DNA of 62,981 nt, filler included, from Hyphochytrium catenoides (lineage: Eukaryota; Protista; Hyphochytriomycota): assembly GCA_900088475.1 (NCBI GenBank). It is 4 parts of 4 records of this genome, joined end to end, with 100 filler letters (N's around TTAATTAATTAA, not from the genome) between each part and the next. Parts side by side here need not be neighbours in the genome. Positions count along the whole stretch, not along the records: positions 22,893 to 26,521 come from FLMG01004152.1; positions 26,622 to 36,286 come from FLMG01001798.1; 2 more parts are not named here. One strand, 5' to 3'. A program made the translations under genes and the position numbers. Positions 25,544 through 36,386 of this stretch are shown piece after piece; the stretch's first letter is position 1; the number at the start of each line of letters is the position of its first letter. A model generated the notes under the pieces. The model was given only the letters and a program-made list of their open reading frames with translations. It was not told where the DNA came from and did not search any database.

Positions 25544-26521
25544 ATGAGCTTCTCACAGCGACGTGAGAACAATACCTTTGATTTAGAACCTGTGAGACAG
25601 AGTTATGGCATTGAGGATGGCTCTGCTGATCAGGGACACAAGCAGATGGGTGTCATGACCGAGGGGATGATGGAAAAAGCAGGGCCTGACCCTGGAGTTC
25701 CCAGCGGTCGGGTACCCTCATATAAAGCTCAGCGCAAGAGCTTAGCCTTCCTAGGCCATCTGGAGGGGGATCTTGTGTACATTTTGCTTATGGCTCTCCT
25801 GCTCCTCAATGCACTGCAAGAGCTGTTGGTGCTGATCTTCTATTACAATGCGACATATCCTCAGATTGGTATGTTGGTGCTGGTGGGATGCGGCATCCTT
25901 TACGTGCTAGAAGCAATTGCCCGAGTAATTGCGCTGAAGAGCTTCTTCTATCGCTCTGTTTCAAACATCATGGACGTAACGCTGTCTTTCCTACTGGCCG
26001 CAGCCATCGCCGTCCGCTACCTCTTCAAGGATACAATGCATGACCAGTACAACGGCATGCTGAAGGCGTCCATCATCGTCACGATGGCCCTCTATGCGAC
26101 AAAAATAGTAATCAAGCGCTGGGGAAGACAGTTCTCGAAGTCGCTTCTGGAGTTCACTGAGGTAGATGAGGAGGAAGATCTCCTTATCTCCATTGACTCT
26201 CTACGCCAGATCATCTTTGCCCTGCCAGATCTGCACCCGTCCAACCTGATGAAGCTTGAGAATGAGATCGCTATTGTCTGCGGGAGGAACTATGGTATGA
26301 TGTCTAGCGCAGAGTTCATGGTTTTCCTTGAAAGAGCTCTTCCCCTTCGTCCTCGAGGCATGACGGCTACGGAGTTCCTCTCCTTCATGCTGAACGTGGG
26401 CATGGGGGCGTCACGCAATCTCTACTCTACCTATGACGTCGTGCGGTCGACGCTATGGCACTGGTCTTTTCAAGTATGTGACATGGTGATGGCCATTATC
26501 GTTGTCTGCATCAATGCTGCA
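25544..26521 (+). CDS. Intronless membrane protein with a voltage-sensor-like 4-TM N-terminus; probably the N-terminal part of an ABCB/MsbA-like exporter (3'-truncated by the gap)
   Basis: S2-S3 signature LYVLEAIARVIALKSFFYRSVSNIMD, four TM helices, a helical linker, then a new TM helix (DMVMAIIVVCINAA) running into the gap. The ABC identity is recalled from similar oomycete proteins; no ABC domain is visible in this window. Confidence 0.6.
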
Positions 26522-26621
26522 NNNNNNNNNNNNNNNNNNNNNNNNNNNNNNNNNNNNNNNNNNNNTTAATTAATTAANNNNNNNNNNNNNNNNNNNNNNN
26601 NNNNNNNNNNNNNNNNNNNNN
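26522..26621. other. Assembly linker N44-TTAATTAATTAA-N44
   Basis: TTAATTAATTAA at 26566-26577 within Ns. Confidence 0.97.
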
Positions 26622-27535
26622 AGGCGGAGTGCTGACTGCTGCGAATGCGTTACAAGCTAGTGCTACTACGACGGCGTCGATGGTGGTATCCGGTGGCCTT
26701 GGTGTGTCTAAAGATAGCTATCTTGGTGGTACAGTGTATGCCATTCACACTGCTGACTCCTCGAGCTCCATGAGTGGATCGGTGATTGTTAGCGGTGGTT
26801 TGGGGGTGTATAAGAAGGCTTTTATTGGTGGTGTGTTTACCGCTGGCAACTCTGCTCAGTCTACGGCAACANNNNNNNNNNNNNNNNNNNNNNNNNNNNN
26901 NNNNNNNNNNNNNNNNNNNNNNNNNNNNNNNNNNNNNNNNNNNNNNNACGAATATTGGAGCGGCCGTTGTGTCTGGCGGCTTTGGGGTAGCTTTGGATAG
27001 TTACCTTGGTGGAACTGTGTATGCTACTCACTCGGGTGAGGCATCGAACTCGATGACTGGTGCGGTCATCACCCGTGGAGGCTTAGGCGTCTATAAGAAA
27101 GCGTATATTGGTGGTGTGTTGACCGCGGCGAACGTCGCCCAGTCAACGGGGACGGATTCTGGTGCCGCGGTTATTGCTGGAGGTCTTGGAGTGGGATTGG
27201 ATGCATACTTTGGAGGCACAGTATACGTTGTTAACGATGCTCGCGTGAGTAGCAACCTGTATGTGGGCAGCTCATTGAAGGTTTCAGGATCAGCTGTGGA
27301 CTCGACCGCCACGAACGCCGGTTCTGTTGCGGTCACCGGAGGCTTGGGGATTACGCAAAATCTCTATGTTGGGGGGTCCGCAGTCTTGACCCAGCGTCTG
27401 TACGTCCCACACTATGGCGGCATGGCCAACATGTATTCGTCAGCCAACTGCCAGAAGGGAGACTTCTTGTTCGATGATACCTACGCCTATTTCTGCATAA
27501 GTAGTGGGACTTACAAGGTTGTATCGCTACTTTAG
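26622..27535 (+). CDS. C-terminal part of a Gly-rich 34-aa repeat (fibre/adhesin-like) protein with a phage tail-fibre-like C-terminal motif
   Basis: Alternating 34-aa repeats AAVVSGGFGVALDSYLGGTVYATHSGEASNSMTG / AVITRGGLGVYKKAYIGGVLTAANVAQSTGTDSG, ending SSANCQKGDFLFDDTYAYFCISSGTYKVVSLL*. No introns seen; there is an internal N gap at 26872-26947. Confidence 0.75.
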
Positions 27536-28679
27536 GGGCTCAAAATCGTCGAGTGGAGTCTTAGCTTTCGCTACGTCGGATTCTCTCTGACAAGGATTGC
27601 GCAACATAGTCCATCTAGAAAATACCAGAGGCATGTAATCAATGACTGCTACATAGCTGCATGTCAAAATTTACTAGGAGTTGGCGTCTCCCTTAGTGAT
27701 AACAAAGTACGGTATCGCTCTTGTGAGCCATTTAAGCGCAGGGTAAATAGTGGGCTCTCATTGGTCTGAGAAGACCTGTTTCTCTTGTCGCTGCTCTTGG
27801 CGGCAGTCTTATGTAGTGCCGAAACATTGTTTCGCAGTTCTTCCTAAGTACTAAAATCTGCTCATATAATTTGTCTATTTCGCCGGTGATACGTTAGCTA
27901 TACATGACTCGTCGTGGTAGGGGCTCCTTGATCTCTTGTAGCCTGTGGAACGCGAAGGCGGATATGCTGCACAAACAGTAGAGCGTCATAAGGCCAGCAA
28001 CACACAAGCCAGTTGAGAATCAATACATGCTTGAATCATAAACTCAGACATACTATCAATTACATCGCGCCGCACCAGAGTTTTGGATGCTTGAGTACCT
28101 GTTTCAAATAAAGTTCACCAAGTCCGCGTTGGGGTTGGATTTAGGTCGGTATGCTAGCCAGTGAGAGCTGATATAACACTCGTTCAGGCGATGTCATACC
28201 CATTACTTTCATCTTGCACAACGTACCACAGCGGCATCAATACCAAAAGATGGCGACAAGTCACGACTTTACGATGTCCAGCGCCATGATAGAAGTGACA
28301 GAGGTGCAGGACGTACTGAGAGAATACGTCGGCCAATTTTCAGGACACCGAAAAAGTCTTCAATTCTAAACAATAACCAACCTAAAACGAAGACGGCTGG
28401 CACTGAGGGGAAGATGGCTGGCACTGAGGGGATAAGTCTCACGTTTCCCTTCGTGCAAGCGAATGAAGGGGCGACGGCAAGCCAAGCGGCTGCCTGTTAT
28501 TATGTAGGGATGAAAAGTTTGCGTCAGCACTGATATTAAGCGAAAGAGCCCTTTTCTCCACCAACTTATATGCAAGAACGAGCGATGAACTAAAATCAGA
28601 GGCTTTATCGTCTGAGCCGGTGGAAGGAGCTAAACAAACATAAAAGCAAAAAAACGACGGAGATTCGTCTCGACTCTTA

Positions 28680-29500
28680 GTGGGTTTACGTCTCCACACC
28701 CGGTTCTCTTTCATATTTTGTCATTTTATGAAGAAATGTGCCTCAGATGAACCTTATTCCTCTTCAACAACCTTAGACCCTGCTCTTGCTTATCTGGTTG
28801 AAGGTGATGATGGTCCTGGCGGTGCCTTTTCTTCCCCTCCGTCTTCTCCTATTACTATTGCTGAACCAATGACAACTATGATCCTACTTCTTCTAAATGA
28901 TAATGATCGTAGAGGGGTTGAGGTGAAGAGGTCAAGACATTTAAGCTCTTGCGACTTCTTGTTTTTCAACATTCTCTTCACCCTCTTCCAGGAGTCGGAG
29001 AAAACCATTTCGTGCTTGTCGGATTGCGAATGCTGATGGCCTCCGTGGTGCCTTCCTCCTCCTTTTCCAATCTTACTATTGAGGATCTGACCAACTATGA
29101 TTCTTCCTCGTCTGATGATATGATGGGAGAGGGGTCGAGTTGGAAAAATCAAGACTTTGTAGCTGTTAAGATTTTCTCGTTCTTCCTCTTTTTCTTCTTT
29201 CTCTTCAGGAGTTGGACCCTTCTCCTCATGCTTGTCTGGATTTGAGAGTGATAATAATCTCATTTTTGGCTCTTTTCTTCAACTGTTCCTTCTCCTACCA
29301 TTACGTGTCTATTTTCATTGTTGAGGAGATGATCAACTATTATTCTTCCCCCTCTGATGGTGAGCAAGCCTCTGTAGGCCTTGGGTCTTCTCGACTCTCT
29401 CTCCTCTTCTTCTTCTTGATCTTCTTCTTCTGGCGCGTCAATCATCATGCTACTAATACTTTTTCAAAAAAGAAAAACACTTTATAAAGAATTTATAAAG
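28680..29500 (+). mobile_element. Two degenerate 5'-truncated copies of the 3' end of the CRE-like non-LTR element
   Basis: Shared motifs with 29790-30432: GLRLHTRFS vs VLRLHTRVS; ttagaccctgctcttgctt (28773) / ttggacccttctcctcatgctt (29211) / ttggacccttctcttgctt (30093); 'gaggag..caactat.attcttcc' blocks; A-rich tail at about 29455-29500. Confidence 0.6.
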
Positions 29501-29624
29501 GAATTCGTAGTCAAATTGGTTGATCTCTATCAGATGCCGGTATAGGATAAGGGCGATCAAGCAAAACTGGTCGGAAACCGATATCTTTTTTAAAGAAAAT
29601 TTCTAGTACCAAGGCGTTGTAGCT

Positions 29625-29762
29625 TTTCTTGTCTCTTCTTCTTTTATCCTCTTCTTCCTCTTCTTCTTCTCCTCCTCTTCTTCTTCTTCTTCTTCTTCGC
29701 CTCCTCTTCTCCTTCTTCTTCGTTTACTTCTTCTTCGTTTACTTCTTCTTTTACTTCTTCTT
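29625..29762. repeat. Degenerate (CTT)n microsatellite
   Basis: Run of cttcttcttc/ctcctc units. Confidence 0.9.
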
Positions 29763-29789
29763 AGTTATGGTAAGGCCTTGGTAGTAGCT

Positions 29790-30432
29790 ATCTTATTATC
29801 CAAAAATCTTCTGTCTGGAAAAACAGGCGAAGTTGAAGAAGTATGAGGCACCTTGCCGGGCTGTAGGGCTGCAGTTTGTCCCATTGGTTTGGGAGTCCTT
29901 TGGGGGAGCTATGCCGGGCGTCGTTGATTGTGTATGGTGAAGCTTCAATGTGACCGTTCTGCTCTTGATGCTTCTCGGCATCTTGGTCAACGGTCCCGTT
30001 TGGCCATGGTTTTACGCCTTCACACGAGAGTCTCTATGGCAATTCATGAGGAAAATGCGCTTCAGATTTTGAAGCGTATTCCTCTTGACCAGTTGGACCC
30101 TTCTCTTGCTTGCCTCGCGGCGTTTGAAGTTGATGATGATGACATTGTGGTCGATGATTCACCTCCCCCTCCTCCTCCTCCTTCTCCCCTTAATATCACT
30201 GAGGAGATCAATTATGACTCTTCCTTTATTGATGATGAGTGTGGGGGAGATCAGGTTGAGGAGGAAGAGACCAAGGCGTCATAGCTTTCCTTGTTTCTTT
30301 TCTTCTTCCTCTTTCTCCTTCTTCTTCTTCGTTCTTCTCTCTTCTTCTTCTTCTTCTCTCTTCATCTTTTACTTCTTCTTATTAGACATTAATAATGATA
30401 AAGACTTTTTCTATAATAAAAAAATAAATAAG
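29790..30432 (+). mobile_element. Pseudogenised 3' end of an RLE-type (CRE-like) non-LTR retrotransposon
   Basis: Frame from 29821: KQAKLKKYEAPCRAVGLQFVPLVWESFGG (the K..KY...F.P...E.FG restriction-like endonuclease motif). After a frameshift comes RVSMAIHEENALQILKR (resembles the RLS.ALQRGNA motif), then a CTT-rich 3' UTR and an A-rich tail. Confidence 0.72.
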
Positions 30433-30535
30433 TAATCGCAATAGTAAAGGGGAAATGTGGCCTAATGAAAGTGATTCGCAATGTGTTCCTGGGCTGCATC
30501 ACCACCTTTCGGCGGCCGACTGGTAGAGATACTAC

Positions 30536-33500
30536 AACAGGAATCGCGATAGAACCGGAAGTTTTGCGGAAATGGAATAAATGTATGGTGAAACCTTTTT
30601 ACCCTAAGCTTTTGTTGTGACAGGGAAAAATTAACTCTCGTGAATGTGAGTTCACATGAAACGTTCCCCATCAGGCGGCTCCCACGATATCCCCAGGGGC
30701 TGCAATCCCGTCATTAAACCCTTCCATTCATTTTTCAAGTCAATGTGCACAAGAAAGTATCTCTGTAAACATTTTCCATACTTTAATCAAGTCACTTCCT
30801 GGGCTGGAACAAAATGTTAGGGTTACCGTCATGGAACTTGAGAAAGTATGCAGGCACGTCGGTACCTCGAAGAGCCTGCCGTGTATAGTACAGAGTGTAC
30901 TGCTTGGCGGTACTACTACAGGCCGTGGCAGGTACGAGAAGATACCAAAGGCAGCTCCAAAGGCACCATGAAGACGACGGAAGGAGGAAAGATCGTGGTC
31001 GTGGGTGCGTCAGGAGAAAGAAGAGCGCCGACGGCCGATGGACGACGACGAGCGAGGAGAGAAGCTCCTCCGTCGTCCGCCCTTCTTTTTCCTCCTCCTC
31101 GTCTTCTCCTTACCTCTCCGCCACCGCTCCACCGCCGCACGCTAATAGTTCTGCCACCGCGGCGCTCATCATCATAATTAGCCTTTTTCTTCTTTCATGT
31201 TCGTGTTCCTCGTCATCATGCAGTTCTTCTTACAGCTAGCGTCATCTTCTCTTTCTCTTCTTCTAGCATCATAATGTGGGCTGGGTACAAGCAGTCCATT
31301 GATCTTGTAAGAAGAACACCAGGAGCAAAGACAGAGGAGAAGAATGACGAAGAAGAATCCAATCCCTTTGCGAAATGGGTCGTCAACAACAAGGAAGCAG
31401 CAACAATAACAAGCGGTTGTCCAAGGACCTCTTTACAGTGCTTCCCCCCGTCACCACCATTTCTTGTCCCCTTCATCAGCCCAGTCATCATCAGCAGCAG
31501 CAGCTTTACTCCCTTTTCCTCATCCTTCTTCTCCTCCTCCTACTAGCAAAACCTCCGGTGGCGTCTCCTCGTCCTCGTCAAACAAAGAGATTATTTACTG
31601 CAGTAGCAGTCGACGATGCGGCTACTATTGCCAAGGACGCTGAAAGCAGAAGCAGTAGTACCTTCTCTGCGGGAAGGACAAAGGTGTCGTCGGATTGGCG
31701 AGATGCTAACCTTCTAGAGCGAGTGTCTAAGCATAGACATGAGTCCTGGCGCTCACAGGGCAAATTAGCTGAAGCGATTGGCATAAGCAAGCAGTGTCTC
31801 TATCAATATATGAGAAATGAGAACTCAGCTTGCCAGCCGCTTGGAATTCTTGCAGTGAAAAACATAGAGTAGAGACTGCGGGTTTATTTTCGGGGAGTAG
31901 CTGCTCCTGAGCCAGCTTCGGTTCTTGTAGAGAGGTAGAGAGCAGAGGAACGTCGGCTTGCATCTCAATTAGCTGAGGAAGGCGAGGTCAATGAGAAGAA
32001 AATTCTGACTCTGGTCAGTCTTAGTGATGTTGCTCATTTCATGCGAGGTGTCAGTGTGGCCATCCTTTACCTTGGTCAAGAAGTTGACGATCTCGCCTGG
32101 CGTCATGTCCCCCTGGCACAAATCTAGCCGCGATGCAAGCAACATTATCCCTCTGAGGCTTGGAATGATAGGAAGGACTACGTTCACAGGTGGTCCTCTT
32201 GGAGGAAGAACGTTTGAGTGGAAGATCATCAAAAACCCGAGGCACAGCAGCCTAAACTCAACGCCCCTCTATTGCTGCTTTGAGGTGAACACTAGCAACA
32301 TCCCTAGAGAGCGTTCTGTTATCTACAAATTTCCCCCTGAAAGGATGAAGCTAGGAGGCCTCTCCAGACCAACTTATCTGTGAAAAAATGTCTCCCATCA
32401 TATCAGTAAGATAGAGAAAAGGCCCTTTGCTTCCCTCTTTACTAGCCAAATTGCTCAGAGCTGTTCAGCTCTCATGGGGTTCAGTCACCCAACAATCACG
32501 CACCTGCTTCAGAACGTCCCTGAGCAGACTGTTAACATTCCAAGCACTACCTTCTTAACGGATCCTGCGAAACTCTGTGACAGGCGCCTGAGGGACCTCA
32601 AAGTCGTGGCGGACATGAGACTGCAGGAAGCCCTGGAAGGGGTATGCAAGGACTTCCCCATGAAAGTCTTTCGCGTCCTTATGGAAGATAGCGATTTCTA
32701 TCGGAAGTATTTTGGTGTTGATGGCTGCTCCAGCGAAGAGGCCCTGCTGACGGACCACCCTACTCTATCAAGGCTCGTTGAGGGCTATAAGGCTGAATAT
32801 ATTTCTCCAGATATGAAGAGGTATATTTTATCACTCTTGGCACCAGACTTTTCATATAGGACCAAGGGAATCTTGATGTTGTTAGCCACGACCAAAGCTG
32901 TAAGAGTAATGCGGAACAGGGTAGTAGCAGCACTAATGTCACTCAGCAGGGTGACAGAGGAGAGTCGCTTGGTTGAGGGAAGGAAGATGAAGCTACTAGT
33001 CGGAGGGAAGACTCAACACCACCAACAGCACAAGACAGACGAGGTGTTTGTGCTGGTGATGATGGTGGATCACAAACAAATCGGGCTCCCAAGGACACAC
33101 GTACCCAATCACCAGCAACAAGGCACCCGCAACGGGCTGCTCAAAAGGTTAGCATTTGCTCGGCCTGCCAGCAGATAAAGAAAGGCCACAAGTGCACCAA
33201 CCTTTGTACTACATGCGCAAGGCCCAAGACTGCAGGTCATCGTTGCTTGAGAAGCGAAAGTGTTAGTGCCACTACTACTGCAGCAACAGCGCATAGATGA
33301 TGATCCTAGAGCTCTCGGCCTCCTCCGATAATGTCTACGTCTAAAGTTTAGAGTACACCGCGCGCGTCGCCCCTATCGCTCCTGCTTCTTGCTTGGCACC
33401 TTCTGCTGCTTTGCCAAAATAGTCGAAGCAATCGTTCTTTGTTCACTTACAAGCTGTTCACATTGGGGAACGACAGGAGACAGGAGGAAGGAGCAGTAGG

Positions 33501-33641
33501 CGAGCAGGCATCGCACCCTCGGATGCTCCCGCCCCTCTAAGCCATAGTTAATGTTCCTCCTAATGTTAACTATGTATACATTTGACAACCCCTCATTGCC
33601 AAAATTTCAAAGTTTCTTCCGGTTCTTTCAAAATTCGTGTT
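30536..33641 (+). mobile_element. Decayed, internally deleted TIR DNA transposon relic (tentatively Sola-like)
   Basis: Degenerate inverted repeats at 30536-30573 and 33604-33641 (core agaaccggaag). Internal fragments: HTH-like SQGKLAEAIGISKQCLYQY, IPLRLGM..GRTFEWKII, MGFSHPTITHLL, KRYILSLLAPDFSY, and two CxxC-GHxC knuckles (33157-33246). Stops and frameshifts are present and no catalytic core is visible. Confidence 0.5.
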
Positions 33642-34439
33642 TTAGATTAGCCCCAAAGTATGCGGGGTCTTCTGACAAAATAAAAGGAACCAGGAAGGTC
33701 TTTTTCGCTTCGTTACTTTCGACGGAGCTCACTACAGCTGATGATTGGCTATCTGCATTCAGGTCCGGGTGCTAGCGCTGCTTAGCTACGGCTTTGACGT
33801 CGCTGCTATAGCCAGGTGCCATGATGAGAAGTGCATCTTCCGTCTCGAGGACAATGAGGTCTTTACAGCAATTGATGGGAAAGATTGATCTGGCTCTAGG
33901 CTGGACCTATCCTCCCTAGCTATCATTGTTGTCCTATACACTATTGCCTGCCTCTTCTCATTTGTTTGTTCTTTCTGTAGACAATCGACGGACATACCAC
34001 TGAAAAGCAATTACAAGGTACGAGAAATACCGCGTCATCGCAAACCTGATAGGGAGCTGTGTTATAGAGGATAGACTCAGCCAGTCTCACCTTCGCGGTA
34101 CCCGGTGTATCATCTCGTCTTGTCTTTGCAAAGGACTGTGATGGAGTCAAGAGTACGCCTCTCACTGTTCCTTTGAGGATTGTCTCCCAGTATTCCGAGC
34201 CAAAGACTTCTCCGTCCAGGTCTGCTTTTGTTCCGTAGCGTCTGACATTGGTTTTTTATCTCTATTGCCCTCTAGAGACAAACAAGGATCTAAGAGCGAA
34301 TTATACCCTTCAATATACACATTCACCGACAAATTTAGGTCGAAACGCCGGACAATTGTGGAGCGGTACCCTTTCCTCTCAAAGTGCTATCCCCTTGTCA
34401 TCGTCAGGTTTCTCCGTAGGTAAGAAGAAGGGGAACCAC

Positions 34440-36286
34440 TATACCTTCATCGCATGTCGGTGCATGCCATTGCTCCACGACAGTTGTCTTGCATATATGG
34501 TTGAGGTGCATCTGTGAAGCTCTAGTAGAGAGACTGGCTACGCCATGTTAGGTCGACTAGCAATAAAGGTTGCGGATTCCTTGAAAAGGTGAGAAAGCGA
34601 TGACCTATTACATGGGAATAAGGGCCCGTTAACTCTTCCAAGAGCGTTCCTAACGGTATAGCATACTTTATAGGACATACTTTACATTTATTAGAGTGTA
34701 AGAGAAAAAATATTGATTCTCAGGAGGCTAGAGGGAAAGGAAGTACTCTAAGAGGAAAATAGTAGGCTTCGGAGACGTTAGCCCATCAAAAGTTGCTTAG
34801 ATGTGGTTGCTGACTGTCAGTAAACCCATAATTCCGCAGGAATCTGAGGTCTTGATAGGAATAAAGTACAGTCAAGGTCTATGGCATGTACGTCCAATGC
34901 ACTACAACGTTTAGCTTGCAAAGAATGATGATCGCCAGTATATATTGCTGTAGAGCGCCCACCTGAGTGAAAGAACGGTGACTGGCTATAAAATATTGCG
35001 CTATGTTGAGGAACAGGTGAGCGTTGTGAAAGTAGAGTCCTATCGCGAGGAAGAGAGCGTCCCTTAACTCTTCCAAGAGTTCTCCTGATGGTAAAGCATA
35101 CATCTTGCTTACGACTTCACTACTTATCAAATACTATGAGAGAAGATTTGGTACTCCCGTAAAAGCTGAAGGGAAAGAAAACTCCCAGAGGAAAAGAGAG
35201 GCTTCGTCCAAATGTTAACCCATCAAAAGTCGCTTCACTGTAGTGGATGACTGATCCTTAGCCTCTCTTTCAGCCGATTTTTGCCTTGCTTGTGTGAATA
35301 AGGTACAATGCAGCTCTTGCTATACAGCTCGAATGCGCTACAACGATAGTTTTGCATAAAGTGATAGAGGTGCATTGCCCAAGGTCCTCAAAGCACCCGC
35401 CAGAGCATCCGTACCTCAACGAGCACCCGCCAGAGCATCCGTACCTCAACGGCTTGTACGCAATAGGCGGGTATACCCATACTTAGGTGACGACAAATGC
35501 TGCTGCTTATGCTGTTGGTAAGAGCACTATTTATGGTAGCGACGGCTGCTACGTGAGGAAAGGACAGCCGGTTGATCCTTTCAAGACTCGTTTGATTGGC
35601 ATAGCGTACTTCTTCTTACTCGACCTTCATTATCCATAGAGTATGAGGTGAAGAATATTGAAGCTCCCAAGAAGCTGAAGGAACACAAATTTTCCTCGAA
35701 CAATAACTGTTGTCGTCCGCAGCGGTTAGCCCATCAATAGTTATTGACTGTACCTCGTGGCTGTCTCTAAGACTCTTAATCAGCGGGGATCTGTTTGGGT
35801 CAGAGGAATAGGATACCCTCACCCTCTTGTCAATTAACTTTGTTGCAGTACAACGTTGTCTTGCAACGAGTGAAAGAGGTGCATCACCGGCGCAATGAAT
35901 GAAAGAGGTGCATCACCAATTGACTTTGTTGCAGTACAACGTTGTCTTGCAATGAGTGAAAGGGGTGCATCCCAAAGCCCTCCAAAGCACCTACCTGAGC
36001 ATTGTAACCTCGGCTACCACTAGAAAGTTGCGGTACAACTTGGGTATGAAGTAGCAGGTGAGCCCGAGAGTCCTATCACAAAGAAAAGAGCGTCTGTTCA
36101 CTCTTCCAAGAGTCCTCCTAATGGTATAGCATACCTTATTCCTATAATCTTCTCCTACAAAAAAATAGTATGAGAATAAGATTGATATCCCAAGAGACAA
36201 AATGCTGAGGAAAAAAGACTCCACAGGTTCAAGTTTTATTTGTATTTGTGTAAACAAATACAATCGCAAATAAATATTAGAAGTTT
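34440..36286. repeat. Highly diverged tandem array, unit about 435-525 bp, 4-5 copies
   Basis: Anchors recur in order: (a/c)actcttccaagag at 34631/35066/36099, gtta.cccatcaa at 34777/35214/35725, tacaacg..gcat at 34903/35339/35849. Confidence 0.75.
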
Positions 36287-36386
36287 NNNNNNNNNNNNNN
36301 NNNNNNNNNNNNNNNNNNNNNNNNNNNNNNTTAATTAATTAANNNNNNNNNNNNNNNNNNNNNNNNNNNNNNNNNNNNNNNNNNNN
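36287..36386. other. Assembly linker N44-TTAATTAATTAA-N44
   Basis: TTAATTAATTAA at 36331-36342 within Ns. Confidence 0.97.

Noticed and set aside
35392-35970. Short direct repeats resembling a CRISPR array
   Set aside because: Only two adjacent copies each, no unique regular spacers, no cas genes, and a eukaryotic context.
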